Shown here one piece after another: positions 38,998-53,186 of a DNA stretch of 64,000 nucleotides; position 1 is the stretch's first letter, and the number at the start of each line of letters is the position of its first letter. The stretch is from NCBI GenBank assembly GCA_951406725.2, contig OX597814.1, forward strand, positions 50,468,001 to 50,532,000, read 5' to 3'. The translations under genes were made by a program, and so were the position numbers. Source of the DNA: Octopus vulgaris. Lineage: Eukaryota. The notes beneath the pieces are model-generated. The model ran no database searches. It was not told the origin of the DNA and worked only from the letters and a program-made list of their open reading frames with translations.

Positions 38998-39112
<115 letters not shown>

Positions 39113-39120
39113 TACATATG

Positions 39121-39437
39121 TGGAGGCGCAATGGCCCAGTGGTTAGGGCAGCGGACTCGCGGTCGTAAGATCGCGGTTTCGATTCCCAGGCCGGGCGTTG
39201 TGAGTGTTTATTGAGCGAAAACACTTAAAAGCTCCACGAGGCTCCGGCAGGGGATGGTGGCGGTCCCTGCTGTACTCTTTCGCCACAACTTTCTCTCACT
39301 CTTTCTTCTGTTGGCCTGCTCGCTTAGCCAGTGGGATGGCGTCATTTGAAGGCTAATGCAATGCGAAGCGCATTGTGACCTGCGATGTGTAGCAAGCAAC
39401 ATCTGATAGCCTGGTCGGTCACGGTGATCACGGTGAT
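39121..39437 (+). mobile_element. SINE group B, full length
   Basis: tRNA-like head GGAGGCGCAATGGCCCAGTGGTTAGGGCAGCGGACTCGCGGTCG...TTCGATTCCC. It ends in a TCACGGTGA repeat. Confidence 0.9.
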
Positions 39438-40169
39438 ATATACATATATGCAACTCTGTGTGAGTGTGTGTGTGTTCTAAAAGTAAAAATACCAGATATT
39501 AAACGAAAAAAATGATTCAATGAAGCGCTAGAGTCTTAATACTACTGCCTTTCTTTTCGCCAAATTGTTTTATTTTCCTCTCCGGAGTATTATTTTTTCC
39601 GTTAGTTGAAAATTCAATTGTTTAAAAACAATGCTCGTTTGTATAAAATTCATTTTCATTCAAACATTTACATAAACATATGTATCCGGTGCTGAAAAGT
39701 CCGACAGCGAAGCATTCAGACGCGTTATTATGTAGCAAGTATTACTGACATATTGAAGTTTCGTCGACAACAGAATGTTAAGACGCCTGTTTGAAAATCT
39801 TTCCGCGAAGCTTTGATTTCAAAGTCATACTGTTTAATAAGATATAATTGTGTATACGTTTGTGTGTGAAACTTTGTGTGCCCGAGTTCGTGTATGTGTA
39901 CGAGTTCGTGTGTCAGTGTATTATAAATATATATATAACACACCGTTATTCAAGAAATAACTTTCCTGATACTAGCATGGACTTAAAATTTCTTATGGTA
40001 TAAAATTGTAATATTTTCACTATTTTCATAGTCAATGATTAACAAAAGCAAAATCGTTTCATTTCATTCAAAAATTATGCATTTTGTGCATTTTCCTTTT
40101 TATTCTATCTGTAAAAACAGACATACATACATATATGTATACATACATGAATGCATGCATGCGGCGTAG

Positions 40170-40480
40170 TGATGAGCAGATTTGAGATTATTCAACCTCC
40201 GAAGTGGCTGGAATACCAGCGAGTATTGGCTGCAGGAGTATTCAGTTGCAGGGTAACAGGGCATGATTCGTAAAGATATCTTCATTAGTTTATCAGTTAT
40301 ATTATTAAGGGAAATCAAAGGAGATTAGAAGAGACTTTGATATATTGTAGCGATTCATTCGGTTTATGGTAAGGGTAATATACGATTGCATCTAAGTCAA
40401 GAGTCACATCGCAGACGTTAGCTACTTTAGTGCTATTTTCGAATGAGATTCTAATTCTTAAAGAACTTATATAGGGCTTT
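40170..40480 (-). mobile_element. Penelope-like RT fragment
   Basis: LRIRISFENSTKVANVCDVTLDL...YYPYHKPNESLQYIKVSSN parallels the NFLDVTLDL..YKPYRKPN..LYI..SNHP motif. Confidence 0.75.
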
Positions 40481-41560
40481 CTGGATGCGTTCAACAAACG
40501 GTTGAGACATAACTGTGATTGTGAGAAGAGCGGGACTTATGGATAATATTTCCATGTGACTGTTTACTGGTTGCACACTCAAGACTTTTTGCAAATTACA
40601 TCAGCAAATTATGAACATTACAATTATTATGCAACTCCGAAGTTCCCGAAACAGCTGTTGAGTTAAGAAATCATGTATTCCCTTCTCGGTATTCTGTATT
40701 TTTATGCTCTATGTAAATATATTTGCATATATATATGTGTGTGCGTGTAAATGTATATATGTGTTTATCTTTCTGAATATAAGTAGACATATGTTTTTAT
40801 ATGTATCTATATCTATCTGTGTGTGTGTGCGTGTGTGTATGCGTGTATGTGTGTGTATGTGTGTGTGTGTATTTGTCAAGCCATGACTTTAGATTCGTGT
40901 TTCGAAGTAGATTTTCTTACACTTAAATATGCAATTAAGTCAAGGACGCCTTCATGAAACTATATAACGCTGTTTTAAACCAAAGTAAGTTTATAGCAGC
41001 ATAAAAGATATTCTCCATTTTGTTTCTTTGTCATTTATTCCTCTTTTAAGATTTAAACTGATTTGTTGAGAACAAAACTTTTTCCGTTCTCGATGCAGCT
41101 ATAAAGATAGATATATTGTAAATTGTTGGTTCTCAAATTGGTTTTAAGGCAAAAAAACATTAACTAATAATTATGAGGTTTCTGTCGATGGAAGGAGCCT
41201 ATAAGACATGTAATGACGAAAAAAAAATGGAATAAAATGATGTTAATATTACTCATGACAATTCTCTTCAGTAGATAACTGTAGCTGATGTTATCATCTA
41301 GCCAAAATCTCTTTATCCTTTTTGCTACTTTCATAGGCTTTTCCTATGTTGTTATAATCTAACGTGGCGTTGGGGGTCAACAAAAAACGGGAACTTCTGA
41401 TTTAGCGATGGAACTCTTAAGAATTGTTTGAACATAACATTCACTTTGTCATGTAAATGTTGCCTACCTGTTTATCAAGCCAATATGTTTATCTGCAGCC
41501 GTATATATATATATATATATCTTTCTCTCTCTCTCCCTCTCTCTCATTCTCTGCATGCAT

Positions 41561-41618
<58 letters not shown>

Positions 41619-41749
41619 TATATATATATATATATTATATATATATACACATATATATACATATATATATACATATACACACACATACATACATACATAC
41701 ATACATACATACATACATACATACATACATACATACATAACATACATAC

Positions 41750-42830
41750 AGGTGCTGTCAGAAGGGTAACCCTCGACGGCAAAGAAATAAGAACTTACGG
41801 TATGGTTGAAGCCATAACCACCCATAATAAGAAGGAGTACTGATAGAATTTCCCAGTGAAAACCTCAAAAAAATGTAAACACAATAGACATGACATAGCA
41901 ATTTGAGATAGAGAAAAGAAACAGTGTATAGTTGTGGTAATCAGCTGCCCAGTGGATGTTAACATCAAACTAAAGATCAGCGAAAAAGAAATTACCTACG
42001 CTGAACTATTGAAGAATCTACAGCTACTCTATCCAGATAACAACTTCAGGTTTATACCTATAATTATTGGGGCACTTGAATATATAACACACTAAGGAGG
42101 AGGAAGCCCTCCGTCGGTTACGACGACGAGGGTTCCGGTTGATCCGAATCAACGGAACAGCCTGCTCGTGAAATTAACGTGTAAGTGGCTGAGCACTCCA
42201 CAGACACGCGTACCCTTAACATAGTTCTCGGGGATATTCAGCGTAACACAGAGAGTGACAAGGCCGGCCCTTTGAAATACAGGTACAAGAGAAACAGGAA
42301 GTAAGAGTGAGAGAAAGTTGTGGTGAAATAGTACAGCAGGGATCACCACCATCCCCTGCCGGAGCCTCGTGGAGCTATAGGTGTTTTCGCTCAATAAACA
42401 CTCATAACGCCCGGTCTGGGAATCGAAACCGCAATCCTATGACCGCGAGTCCGCTGCCCTAACCACTGGGCCATTGCGCCTCCACATATAACACACTACC
42501 TAAATACCAATCTTGAGAAATTAGGTTTCTCAGAACCAGAAAAGAGAAAGTTGATTCGAAGACTACAGATCCAAGCCATCACTGGAACCGTAAAAAGCAG
42601 TGAAACTTTCCAGAAGATTATCATCTAAGTATGTATGAGCATGTCTAGATATGCAACTACAGTATATGCATGAGAATATATGCATAAAACAAAACATGCA
42701 AATCTGCACATCTACATACATGCAAAAGTATCCTGTTGATGTTGAAATTCCAATGAAGGAACCCTGGAACTATGTTAGAAACCGACTCTTTCTCTATTGG
42801 CAAAAAATCTTGAAATAAAACTGAATAATG
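41750..42830 (+). mobile_element. R4/Dong-like LINE 3' end (RLE plus 3' UTR), interrupted by a SINE
   Basis: KCKHNRHDIAI*DREKKQCIVVVISCPVD...EKEITYAEL...FIPIIIGALEYITH continues as YLNTNLEKLGF once the SINE and one TSD are removed. Confidence 0.85.
42095..42485 (-). mobile_element. SINE group B with a perfect 13-bp TSD
   Basis: ATATAACACACTA at 42082-94 and 42486-98. Confidence 0.95.
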
Positions 42831-43289
42831 TGTTGTGTGAGTATGAAGTGTGCGTGTATGTTCATGTTTTTGTATGTGTGTCTGTATTTGTGTGCGTTTG
42901 CGGTTTGGGATTAGTGTGTTTGTATATTAGGGAGTACTGCGTGGGACAGTAGGATAATTGTGCGTGTGTGTTTGTATGTGGGTGCGTGTGTAAGTGTGGG
43001 TCTAAGAGATCAATAGCAATAGAGTGTAACTGTAGTAAGACGCGGGATCGAGAGGTTGAGTGTTGTGCATGTCTCTGTGAGTGTACGCATGTACTGACGT
43101 GTGTGAATGTGTACAGGTGTGTGTATATGCATGTGTATATATATGTGTTTGCATTCGTGTGTGCGTGAGTATGAGCGTGTGTGCATGGGTATGTGTTGGT
43201 GTATGTGGCAAGTTTTTGTTCCAGCTTATAATAGATTTTATTTATTTATTTATTGCTTGTTTTGGAGGGGGGGTTCAGAAGTTTTATAA

Positions 43290-44490
43290 GTTTATTGTTC
43301 GTTGTAGTAAGCTACGAAATTCTTACGTTCTCTCGATTTTCTGTAATTCAAGTTCCCAGCAGGCAAAATGGAAAAGGTATTGCCCCGAAAGATAGCATGC
43401 CCTAGAACAGGGGTCGGCGAACATGGGTAAATTACCCCAAGTGAAATTTTGGTGGGTAATGAGGACTCATTAGACATAAGTAAAATTATATATATATTAA
43501 AAAAACGTGTTCCCTGTCACGACAGAAATGTTTCTACTGGCATGAGGAGACAGTAAAAAAGTTGTTAACTTTTGTAACATCCTACCTTTGCGAACTAGGA
43601 TCTTCTACTCTAATGAACAAAAATTATAAAGCAGAGTATTAGTTTGGACCCTGAAGACTGTATCCAAATTGTTCTGGAACCAAAATGCCCCAATTTTGTT
43701 GTAATTGTAACAAAAATGAAAAAGTTTCAACAAAAATCTTTTTGCTTCATAATGAGGATATTAATTAATTCTATCGCATTTGTTTTATAATTTTTATATT
43801 TATAATTGAATTGTCCATATAAATGGATTTAATAAATCTTGTGAATTCAAGGAGCCTATGATTTTCTTCCTTTCAAATCAAGGGGGTAACGTCGACATAA
43901 ATACATATATTTTGGGGTAATTGATTAAAGAATTTCCCCGACCCCTGCCCTAGAACAACCACTGTGACTCACGGGGCTCGTACGTACGGAGAGACAGATC
44001 TTCCCCGACAGAATTGGGCAGGGATATGGTCCGGGGTCCGAGAACAACGGAGGTCTCCATTGCCACAGGCTCGACCATAAACCTGTCAGAAAGTGACCAA
44101 TTCTTTGATAGTTTGCTTTCTTTCACTCTGACGTGCAGCGGTGTCTGGGCTGGTAGCTGAACACACCAAGTTGCCGCTGAAGAAGATGTCACAGCATGTG
44201 ACATCCCGGAACGGGAAAACTCTCAAACCGTCAGGCCTTTTACCATCCTCTAGGTCTAACTCTGCTGGCCCGAGCTGAGAAAGTGTCTAGGCGATGCGTT
44301 ATGATTTTGTTAAGGGTGGTATGACAGTTGGGGGAGTAGACCCGTAGCGGCATTCATGTGGCGCACAGATCTGGAGGCCAAGCCTCAAGGAAACGCCGAT
44401 GCGCAGACAGTCACTATCGAGCTGAGTACCAGTCGAGGGTGATGGTACCACATTGAACCAGGCTCCGCTGTGAGGCTCGAAAGCCTATGA
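43290..44490 (-). mobile_element. CRE-like LINE 3' fragment (RLE domain), interrupted by a hAT MITE
   Basis: [27 protein letters not shown] and EPVAMETSVVLGP...EPRESQWLF, then AIFRGNTFSIL beyond the MITE. Confidence 0.85.
43408..43947. mobile_element. hAT-superfamily MITE
   Basis: TIRs CAGGGGTCGG(C/G)GAA and a perfect 8-bp TSD CCCTAGAA (43400-07, 43948-55). Confidence 0.92.
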
Positions 44491-44498
44491 TTATATGT

Positions 44499-44537
<39 letters not shown>

Positions 44538-44896
44538 TGTGGTGGGTGTCAAACAGCTGAATATTAAAGTGAGGAATCACTTAACACTTCAGTCGAATAT
44601 GATATTTATTTATTATTCTTACAAGAAAAACCTGAAGGCATCTAAGTTTCAGCTTACTTTCTATCTTTTGGTGAGGGATACATGTGATCGGGGGAATGAT
44701 GTATATAAAAATTAAGGATTATAAGGAGAAAGATGTGGCTGTGTAGAAAATGGAGAAGGGTAAGAAAAATGTATATGCTTATATAATGTGAGTGGGAAGG
44801 AAGGAGCAGTAGAGATTTCTTTTTTCACAAAAAAGGTTTTCTTTGGTATTAGTTGACGGTGATTAAATATAAGGGACTGTCGTTTGTGTATATGTC

Positions 44897-44967
44897 ATTG
44901 TTTGGTCTCAGTCAAGCATATGTATAGCTGGGGGATTTACATACATGCTTGACCGAACCCAAATAAT
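44897..44967. repeat. ~70-nt imperfect hairpin
   Basis: 30-bp arms and an 11-nt loop. Confidence 0.8.
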
Positions 44968-47191
44968 AATAGTTTGTTTAACTGGTTCTACTTGTTTATA
45001 GTGTTGTTGAGCGTTTCCTTTTTGCTATAAATCCTGAGCTACTGAATCTATGGGGAAAAAATAATATTTGTATGGGAGAAAATGGATCATTACCATGTTC
45101 AAGCAATTTTCAAGTGCATCAAAGACATAATAAGTAAAAGAAAGAGCATTTGGTCAATAACCATAAGCCACTATGAAGTCATTTCATATTATCATAAACT
45201 GTCAAGTGCTGCTGAACAGAATATAAGGCACTGAAGTATCACTGAGCAATTAGAATCATAGCTTTTGGTTCTTTTCTAAGGTTAATCTTTTGATTTAGTT
45301 TGTCTCACCAAATACGGCGAAGTCTATACCGAGCTGAGGATAAGACTTCCTCGGAAAAGTATAGACTTTTCTTTACTTCATGACAAACCTTAAAGTTGTC
45401 TCACGTAGTTTGCAGAAATGTTTTAAAAAATCTTAATCATTTAGTTAATATTGTGTTTTCCTCACCCAACAAGTATTTCTAATTCGATAACTGATGCTTA
45501 CAACATTAAATATGTTAGCACAAACAAACTATCCCTATAATGGTCTATGCTTTTCTGACTATTATGCTTATACCACCTCTTCTTGGGCATCCATCTCCAT
45601 CTCCTTCCCTATTTCCCGACTCTTGTTGTGTTGACTCCTCCAGTCGCTACGCAAATTACTGAATGCGACTAGTTGTTTTTACCCAGGACGGCAACTTTTT
45701 GGAATCACCTTCCTATTCATATCTACCCCATGGGTTTTCACTAACAAAGACTCAAGAGAAATATTAATGGGCAGCGATCTCACAGGTCTTGGAAGCCTAT
45801 AAAAACCATAGACACTTTAGCTTCCTCCATATCCAACAATTAAATATAAACTACAGCTGAACAAAGCTCAGCTCCCAACAATCTATGTTCATTACTCTGT
45901 TCTGGTTGAAAGCTTTTCTCTTTTGTTATTTTGATAATATTTTAATAGACATAAACATCTCACAAAGGTACTTAAGTTTGGAAAATATGACTATTCGCTA
46001 ACTTTTTCGTGTTTTTGTTCGATATGTCTAATATTTTTTATAATTTTAAATTGATTTGTTAAGGTGTTATTTTAATAAAAATACAGTCTTTTATATTAAA
46101 AAAGATATCATTCTTTTCAAAATAATAGTTTATGGAAATTTAATGCAAGGGGAACTATCAACCATTTGTTCGTGAGTTTGGCGCTCAGCCAACTCGTCTA
46201 TACGGAGCACTCAGCCATTTTTTATATAAGTGATAGATACTGTTTCTTACTGCTATAGCTTGAGTATTATAATATAAACGAATACTTATGGATTATTTAA
46301 CTGACCACTCAATACCCACCGAATTTCTAAACCTCATCTGCTTTCATACGATGAAAGTCCCGTGTGTCACATTTCCTAGCCTAGGTATTGTCACTCTTTG
46401 TTAACAGCCTTATCATACAATATGTTTTTATCACTCCCATGACACGTACAAAATTCATCTTCTAAAATAGGGAAGACATAAAGCTCCCTTGATATTGATG
46501 TTTTTCTTGCTGATCTACAATATTTTTAGTAATCTACTAACAGACACAAATATTTATCTTGGCTAAATTCCAGGCTTATATCCTCGGAGAATTCGCTAAT
46601 TAGGTCTAGCTCTTTTAAACATTGGAATTGTTGGTAACCGAGAGTTATATATCATCGACATGTTTTTGGTTATATCGGCATCCATGTTCTTAACAAACTC
46701 TTTATGATAAATATTAGATTGCTTTATTATTCACACAATGCAGTTTATATTTACAAAGCTACATTGTGGAACTATTTTTTTTATTAACCCTGAGTTAAGA
46801 ATTTTCTAATGGTGAATTCTATATATTTGAATGAAATCTGAACAAGAAATAATCTTCCAACAAACGGAACCTCGATCTAGTTTTAAGTCATGATTGAAAC
46901 TAGTTCACTTTACTTATTCCATTGTACTTTCGGAAAGGGTATGGATGTAACATTATTTTTCCATCTCCATATAAAACATAAATATATTGCCAGAATATAA
47001 AGTTACACTCTGAATCAAGGTGGTTGTTAATCAAGTAAATTTTGTGTGCTTATTGGGATATCACAAAAAACACCTCGTCATCATATGTGATTCAATAGAA
47101 ATCACTCCTATTAAAATATCAGGCTCATCATATCTATGTAAAGAACATCTACTCGCCAGGAATATTAAAAAATGTTAAAAGATACATGCAT

Positions 47192-47314
<123 letters not shown>

Positions 47315-49109
47315 CACACATATAAATCGAGAATGGAAAAGGTAAAGACTACATATGTTTCATAGCTACACAATATTGGTTACATAACTTGTAACACACA
47401 TAAAACCCGTTTAGCTGACCCTCGGGTCCGATTACCTTCGAGTTGTTTATATCATCAAATGGCAAGTTGAACCCCCCCCCCCCCCAAAAAAAAAAACCCA
47501 TAGAGATCAATTGCTAGTAGGCATGTAGCCATAAAAGGAAAAGGGTGGGTATGTTTACCGAAAGAAAAAGAGGCTAGGTAGGGGACAGGCGAGATGAGGG
47601 TTTCAAAAGAGAATGAGAGATACGTGAGTTTCGAAGTAGGGCAATAAAATCATTAATTTTGGCGTCGAGGAGATGGTATATGACATAGAGAACTGATAGA
47701 ACATTATGCTACGCGGTAACGCGCGACAGCTAAGATATGTAAATTGCGGTACCATTCTTTACAAGGGCAAGCATAGAACTGTATCGAGAAAAAAGTATAT
47801 GAACATGTATCGTCGAAAAAATGAGAAAATAGTTTAATTCAAAATAAAAGCAGAGGAAATAACATATAAAAATGTTGCGTGAAAAATATATAAAAGTGGG
47901 AAGAAAAGTAGGCTCGCCAACTACATAAAAATTCATAAAGTCAACTTGCAAGCACATGTGTGTATACACAAACACACACATACACACACTCACTCACAAA
48001 CATACATACACACGCACAGATAGCTAGATAGATAGATACATACATACATATATACATAAATACATACATACATACATACATACATACATACATACATACA
48101 TACATGGAAATATATATATATATATATATAATGGAAAAAATGTATACATATATATACATATATATTTATGTACATATATATGTATGTATATTTATATGTA
48201 CATATACCCATACATGCATAAGCACAGGCATACACATACATTATATATATTGACACATACATATACATATATACACACTCATATATACGCACATTCGCTC
48301 ACAGACACATACACATATTACAAAATGTACACACACCAATATACACGCACACACATCACACATGTATATATACGCACATATACATACATTAATAAACGCC
48401 TAGATAAACAGTATCTCTATTTATGAACAGTTGAAAATGTAGACGTATTAATAAATACAATAGTTTGAAATACGAGAACAGTTCATATAAAAAAAATAAA
48501 TAACTGTATAAGTAAAATATAAACAACTGGAAAAAGTGGAGGAAAAATATAAATATGCAAAGGCCGGACACCAAGTAAGGAATGAACCAAAATACATAAC
48601 AATACATAAACACAAACACACACACATATTTATACACACACGCACACACAATTACATATATATAGACCCGCACGCATGTATATCCATATACACACGCATA
48701 TATCCATACACACGTGTTTGTGCCAAAGTCAGTAAAAAAATTTAAATATACAAAAAGTATTCAAGTATAGTAATATATATATATATTTTTAAAAAACTGG
48801 AGCATGTATACGTGTATAAAAGAAATAAAACTACATGTATATTAATGTTAAAGAATTTATGCATATGTAAAAACAAAAGTAAAATAATAAAAACTGAAAA
48901 ACAATAACGATAAAAAAAAATAAAAGAAGGCCAAAATAAAAAAAAATGTAGAAAGATATATTATGGAAAATTTCTTGGGAAAGAAAAGGCCAAAGTTACA
49001 AAACCCAGGAAAAGGGGAAATGAAAATATCTCAGTTGGACAAATAGGAAGATTGGCAGCTATGACAAGGAGGTTAAGTTTTATACCTTAAGAAAGTGTTA
49101 CATAAACTA

Positions 49110-49990
49110 TACCGACAAAACATAGTCAGGTTGCTATGTTTATTAGCGCAGTCCTTATATTGCATAATAGTTATCATTTCAGCAATGCGGAGTCAAAACT
49201 TATATTCACTACATGATCTAGCATGTTTTACAATAGATCATTTAATGTTGCAATCTTATAAATCCTTGTTTTAAATCCTGAACTAGCTTAAACACAGAGC
49301 TGTTATTGACTCTAGCCTCGGACTAAAAGTTAGAGTAATGGTTACACAATCTCGCCTTAAAAATAGTACTGTACGCGCCGACGTAAGTAAACCAGGATCG
49401 ATTTGTAAATACTATGCACTTGTGCACCGTCTTCTTCATAAAACATTTATTATTCAAAGGGCAAGAGGTTGAATACTTACAGTTATAGAGTGTCCTCGCA
49501 GTCGCCATAAGGATATTACGGAACCAATCATTTCCTATATAATGAGGTGCAGCGTAGATAGCAACGAGTGTGTTATCCGGATAAATACAGTGATTTTTGT
49601 TCTCATTGCTAACATAATTATATCGTCTATTTATAACTGGCATCAATGGATCGGTGGTCCGGCTATATGGGGTGAGCAGTGTAATCAATCGAGTGTTGTC
49701 AGAGATGGTGCCATCTTAACGCCAGGCCGCAGGGTTAATGGGTATGGGTTGAGGCTTCGTGGGGATTCCTACGAATATTGCTGCTGGTGCACTCATCTAG
49801 ATTAAGTAATCTTTTATAATCAAGACGAGTTATAATGTCAGTTATGTTGCATGTAGTCGAATAGGACACTGTGTGTGCCAAAAATTATGTAAAAAATATT
49901 GTTTTCCTATGAAACACATGTAATCTTTATTTACCTTTCCCACTCCCTACATTTTCAGATTTTTATTCGCATATATAGCAATTTTAGTTG
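49110..49990 (-). mobile_element. Penelope-like GIY-YIG endonuclease fragment
   Basis: TVSYSTTCNITDII, CPLNNKCFMKKTVHKCIV...YVGAYSTIFKARLCNHYSNF and NIK*SIV. Confidence 0.8.
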
Positions 49991-50422
49991 CTAGACTGTG
50001 AGCTGTATAGTGAGTGTCAGTTATTGAAATTTCCATTGCTTTCAATGTGGGGTGACGTGCATAACATACAATAGTTATTAAATTCTTCCTGCCTTATATT
50101 GCCCACCTTTTGTTATCTGTAACAACTATTTACATGCTTGAAGCTTACTAACTTCCTATACGAGTATCTTTCAACTCGTAATACACACACATACACACAT
50201 ACGCACACACACACACAAACACACACACACTCACACACACAAACACACACACACTCACACACACTCACACACACACACATTTATATATTTACATACATAT
50301 AACGTTCTGGCAAAATACTTTATATGTTCTCTTATTACACTAGGCTAACAATATCGATACATACATACAAGCATACATACATACATACATACATACATAC
50401 ATACATACATACATACATACAT

Positions 50423-50644
50423 AAAATTCCATGTTGTTGATGTTGAAATTCCAGTGAAGCAACCTTGGATCTAGGTTCGAAACCGGTTCTTTTTCTATTG
50501 GCAAGAAATCTTGAAATAAACTGAATAATGACATACAAATAAAAATACCCTCTTGTTGATGTTGAAATTCCAAAGGAGCCTTGAATCTATGTCAGAAACC
50601 TGCTCTTTATTGGCAAAAAACCTTGTAATAAAACTGAACAATGA
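50423..50644 (+). mobile_element. Two tandem 3'-tail copies of the R4/Dong-like LINE embedded in (CATA)n
   Basis: TGTTGATGTTGAAATTCC...TATTGGCAA.AAA.CTTG.AATAAA.CTGAA.AATG occurs twice and matches 42735-42830. Confidence 0.85.
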
Positions 50645-51889
50645 CATACATACATACATACATACATACATACATACATACATACATACATACATACATA
50701 CATACATACATACATACATACATACATACATACATACATACATAGATACATACATACATACATACATACATACATACATACATAAACGTATATATGCACA
50801 CACTCACACACGTACATATACATATACACGCGCGCACGCGTGTTGTGGTCCCTTTTTGTCATCTGTTTTGCGTCGGTTGAGCACTTTTTGCTCGTACATT
50901 CAATATATAAAACGTCGTATTTGTTGTTACAGGCAGGAGGGGAGTTGCAAGAAGAAGAAGAAGAAGAAGAAGAAGAAGAAGAAGAAGAAGGAGGAGGAGG
51001 AGGAGGAGGAGGAGAAGAAGAAGAAGAAGAAGAAGAAGAAGAAGAAGAAGAAGAAGAAGAAGAAGAAGAAGAAGACGTTAGAATGACAACGGTGAAAATA
51101 ATGACGATGGTGAATTATAACGACATACTTTGCTGATGATTGTTCTTACGACAGCGATAATAAGAAATTACTAACAAAATTAGAAATCTTATACTAATTA
51201 ACATTTACAAATTCGTTGTAATATATGCATAGTTGCTTTTAGCTTCTTTGCATATCGACATTTCATTTATTTATTCTGCTACGAAATGTTCCCGCTTGCG
51301 GGTGTTCCCATACGCCCCAGCAGTTTGTAACAAGGTATCTTGACTAACGCTCACGTTCTCAATTATCTGTACGCAGCAAGTGCTGTAAGTGAATAGAGTC
51401 AGAGAATATATTCAGTATTTTGTTTCTTGGATATGCATTTGGTTTATGTCCTACATACCGAATATGGTAAGTGTCCTGCAAAGAACAGTATGTCTAATGC
51501 AGTGCAACGCTATCTTTGTAATATGTGTGTGAGTATGTGTGTGCATGAGTGTGTGAGTGTGTGTATTTGTGTACGAACACGCAAATATGCAAGTCACAGA
51601 AATGTGTGTTTCATAGATGGAGAAAGTGAGGGAGAATTGTTTGCGTACAAGTGAAATTAAATCTATTTTCATTTGAAACATCTCTTTTAGTATTAACATT
51701 ATCTATATGCAGCTCCCAACACAAATGTAACCTGCTTCAATGCTGCTGCTGTTGTTACTGTCATACTGTTGCATTTTCTTCTGCAGCTGCTGCTGCTGTT
51801 ACTATTTGTGTTGTTTAGTTCCAGGTCAACCTTGACTAAAACAGTTCTATAACCAAACCTGTTTTGTGTTGATGAACACTTCCATTATT

Positions 51890-52254
51890 TTTACCTCCGC
51901 CTTAGCGAAGACGGAGGTATTGTTTTTCCAGTCGTATTTGTTTGTTTGTCTGTGGACAAGATATCTCAAGAACCGCTGGATGGATTTGGATGAGACTTTC
52001 AAGGATGTTCGGCCTCGTGAGTGGCACGAACTGATTAGATTTTGGAATCGATCTGCTACTGGACAAAGATTCTGGAATATTTTACCTGTTTTCTCTTTTA
52101 CTAATTTTTGTTGGGTTCATTTTTAGTATTCTTGTTTGTGAGAGTAGTTGAGTTTAGTTCAGATATTCTCGTTTAAAAAATCATCTCTTGCTAATCGTTG
52201 AGAGGACTTTGGTTCTGCCTTGGCGAGGGTTAGCGATGTCTGAGTGCTCTTGCT
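51890..52254 (+). mobile_element. Helentron-associated non-autonomous element (HINE/DINE-1-like)
   Basis: 5' TACCTCCGCC...GACGGAGGTA inverted repeat, a (GTTT)n tract, a 3' subterminal CCTTGGCGAGGGT and a degenerate terminal hairpin. Confidence 0.65.
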
Positions 52255-52503
52255 ATATACATTTTCAGGAATAATGTTATCCGACCTGCTTTGTCTTTCT
52301 TTTTAGACAGTGTGATTTAGGAAAGATGTAGTTATCATTTCCATCTAGTCGAGTGACCACATAAAGTCTCTTTAACTGGTTCGTATTCTATCACTGCTGT
52401 TCTCGATTCGTCACATTTTGTTTTGACAAAAGACATTTGTATCTCATGAATGTGACGTTCATTTTCTATTATAGAGATTGAAATTCATTTACATTTATAT
52501 ATT

Positions 52504-53092
52504 CTTTTCTATTCTAGGCACAAGGCTCGAAATTGTGTGGGAGGGGGCTGTCAATTAGATCGATCCAGTGCGCAACTGGTACTTAATTTATCGATCCCGA
52601 AAGCATGAAAGGCAAAGTCGACCTCGGCGGAATTTGAACTCAGAGCGTAAAAACAGAAACACCTATTTCTATTTCTTTACTACCCACAAGGAGCTAAACA
52701 CAGAGAGGATAAACAAGGACAGACAAACGGATTAAGTCGATTACATCAACTCCAGTGCGTAACTGGTACTTAATTCATCGACCCCGAAAGGATGAAAGGC
52801 AAAGTCGACCTCGGCGGAATTTGAACTCAGAACGTAACGGCAGACGAAACACCTATTTCTATTTCTTTACTACCCACTAGGGGCTAAACACAGAGGGGAC
52901 AAACAAGGACAGACAAACGGATTAAGTCGATTATATCGACTCCAATGCATAACTGGTACTTAATTTATCGACCCCGAAAGGATGAAAGGCAAAGTCGACC
53001 TCGGCGGAATTTGAACTCAGAGCGTAACAGCAGACGAAATACGGCTACGCATTTCGCCCGGCGTGCTAACGTTTCTGCCATCTCGCTGCCTA
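52504..53092 (-). mobile_element. SINE group A trimer with mixed tails
   Basis: One head and three cores, with tails of type 1, type 1 and type 2. CATTTATATATT flanks it at 52492-503 and 53098-109. Confidence 0.9.
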
Positions 53093-53186
53093 CTGTGCAT
53101 TTATATATTACTTAGTCAGTGTATTTGCCAATTTCGGTCGCTTGCGTCGAAAGAGTGATTTAAATACGTTTTAATTTTTAGTGAAG

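Noticed and set aside
39121-39195. Functional tRNA gene (also the heads at 25168, 42410 and 53187)
   Set aside because: There is no complete acceptor stem, and the sequence continues into a SINE body and tail.
48420-48490. Further hammerhead-like layout (TATGAAC...GTTCATA)
   Set aside because: The core and stems II and III are too degenerate to support.
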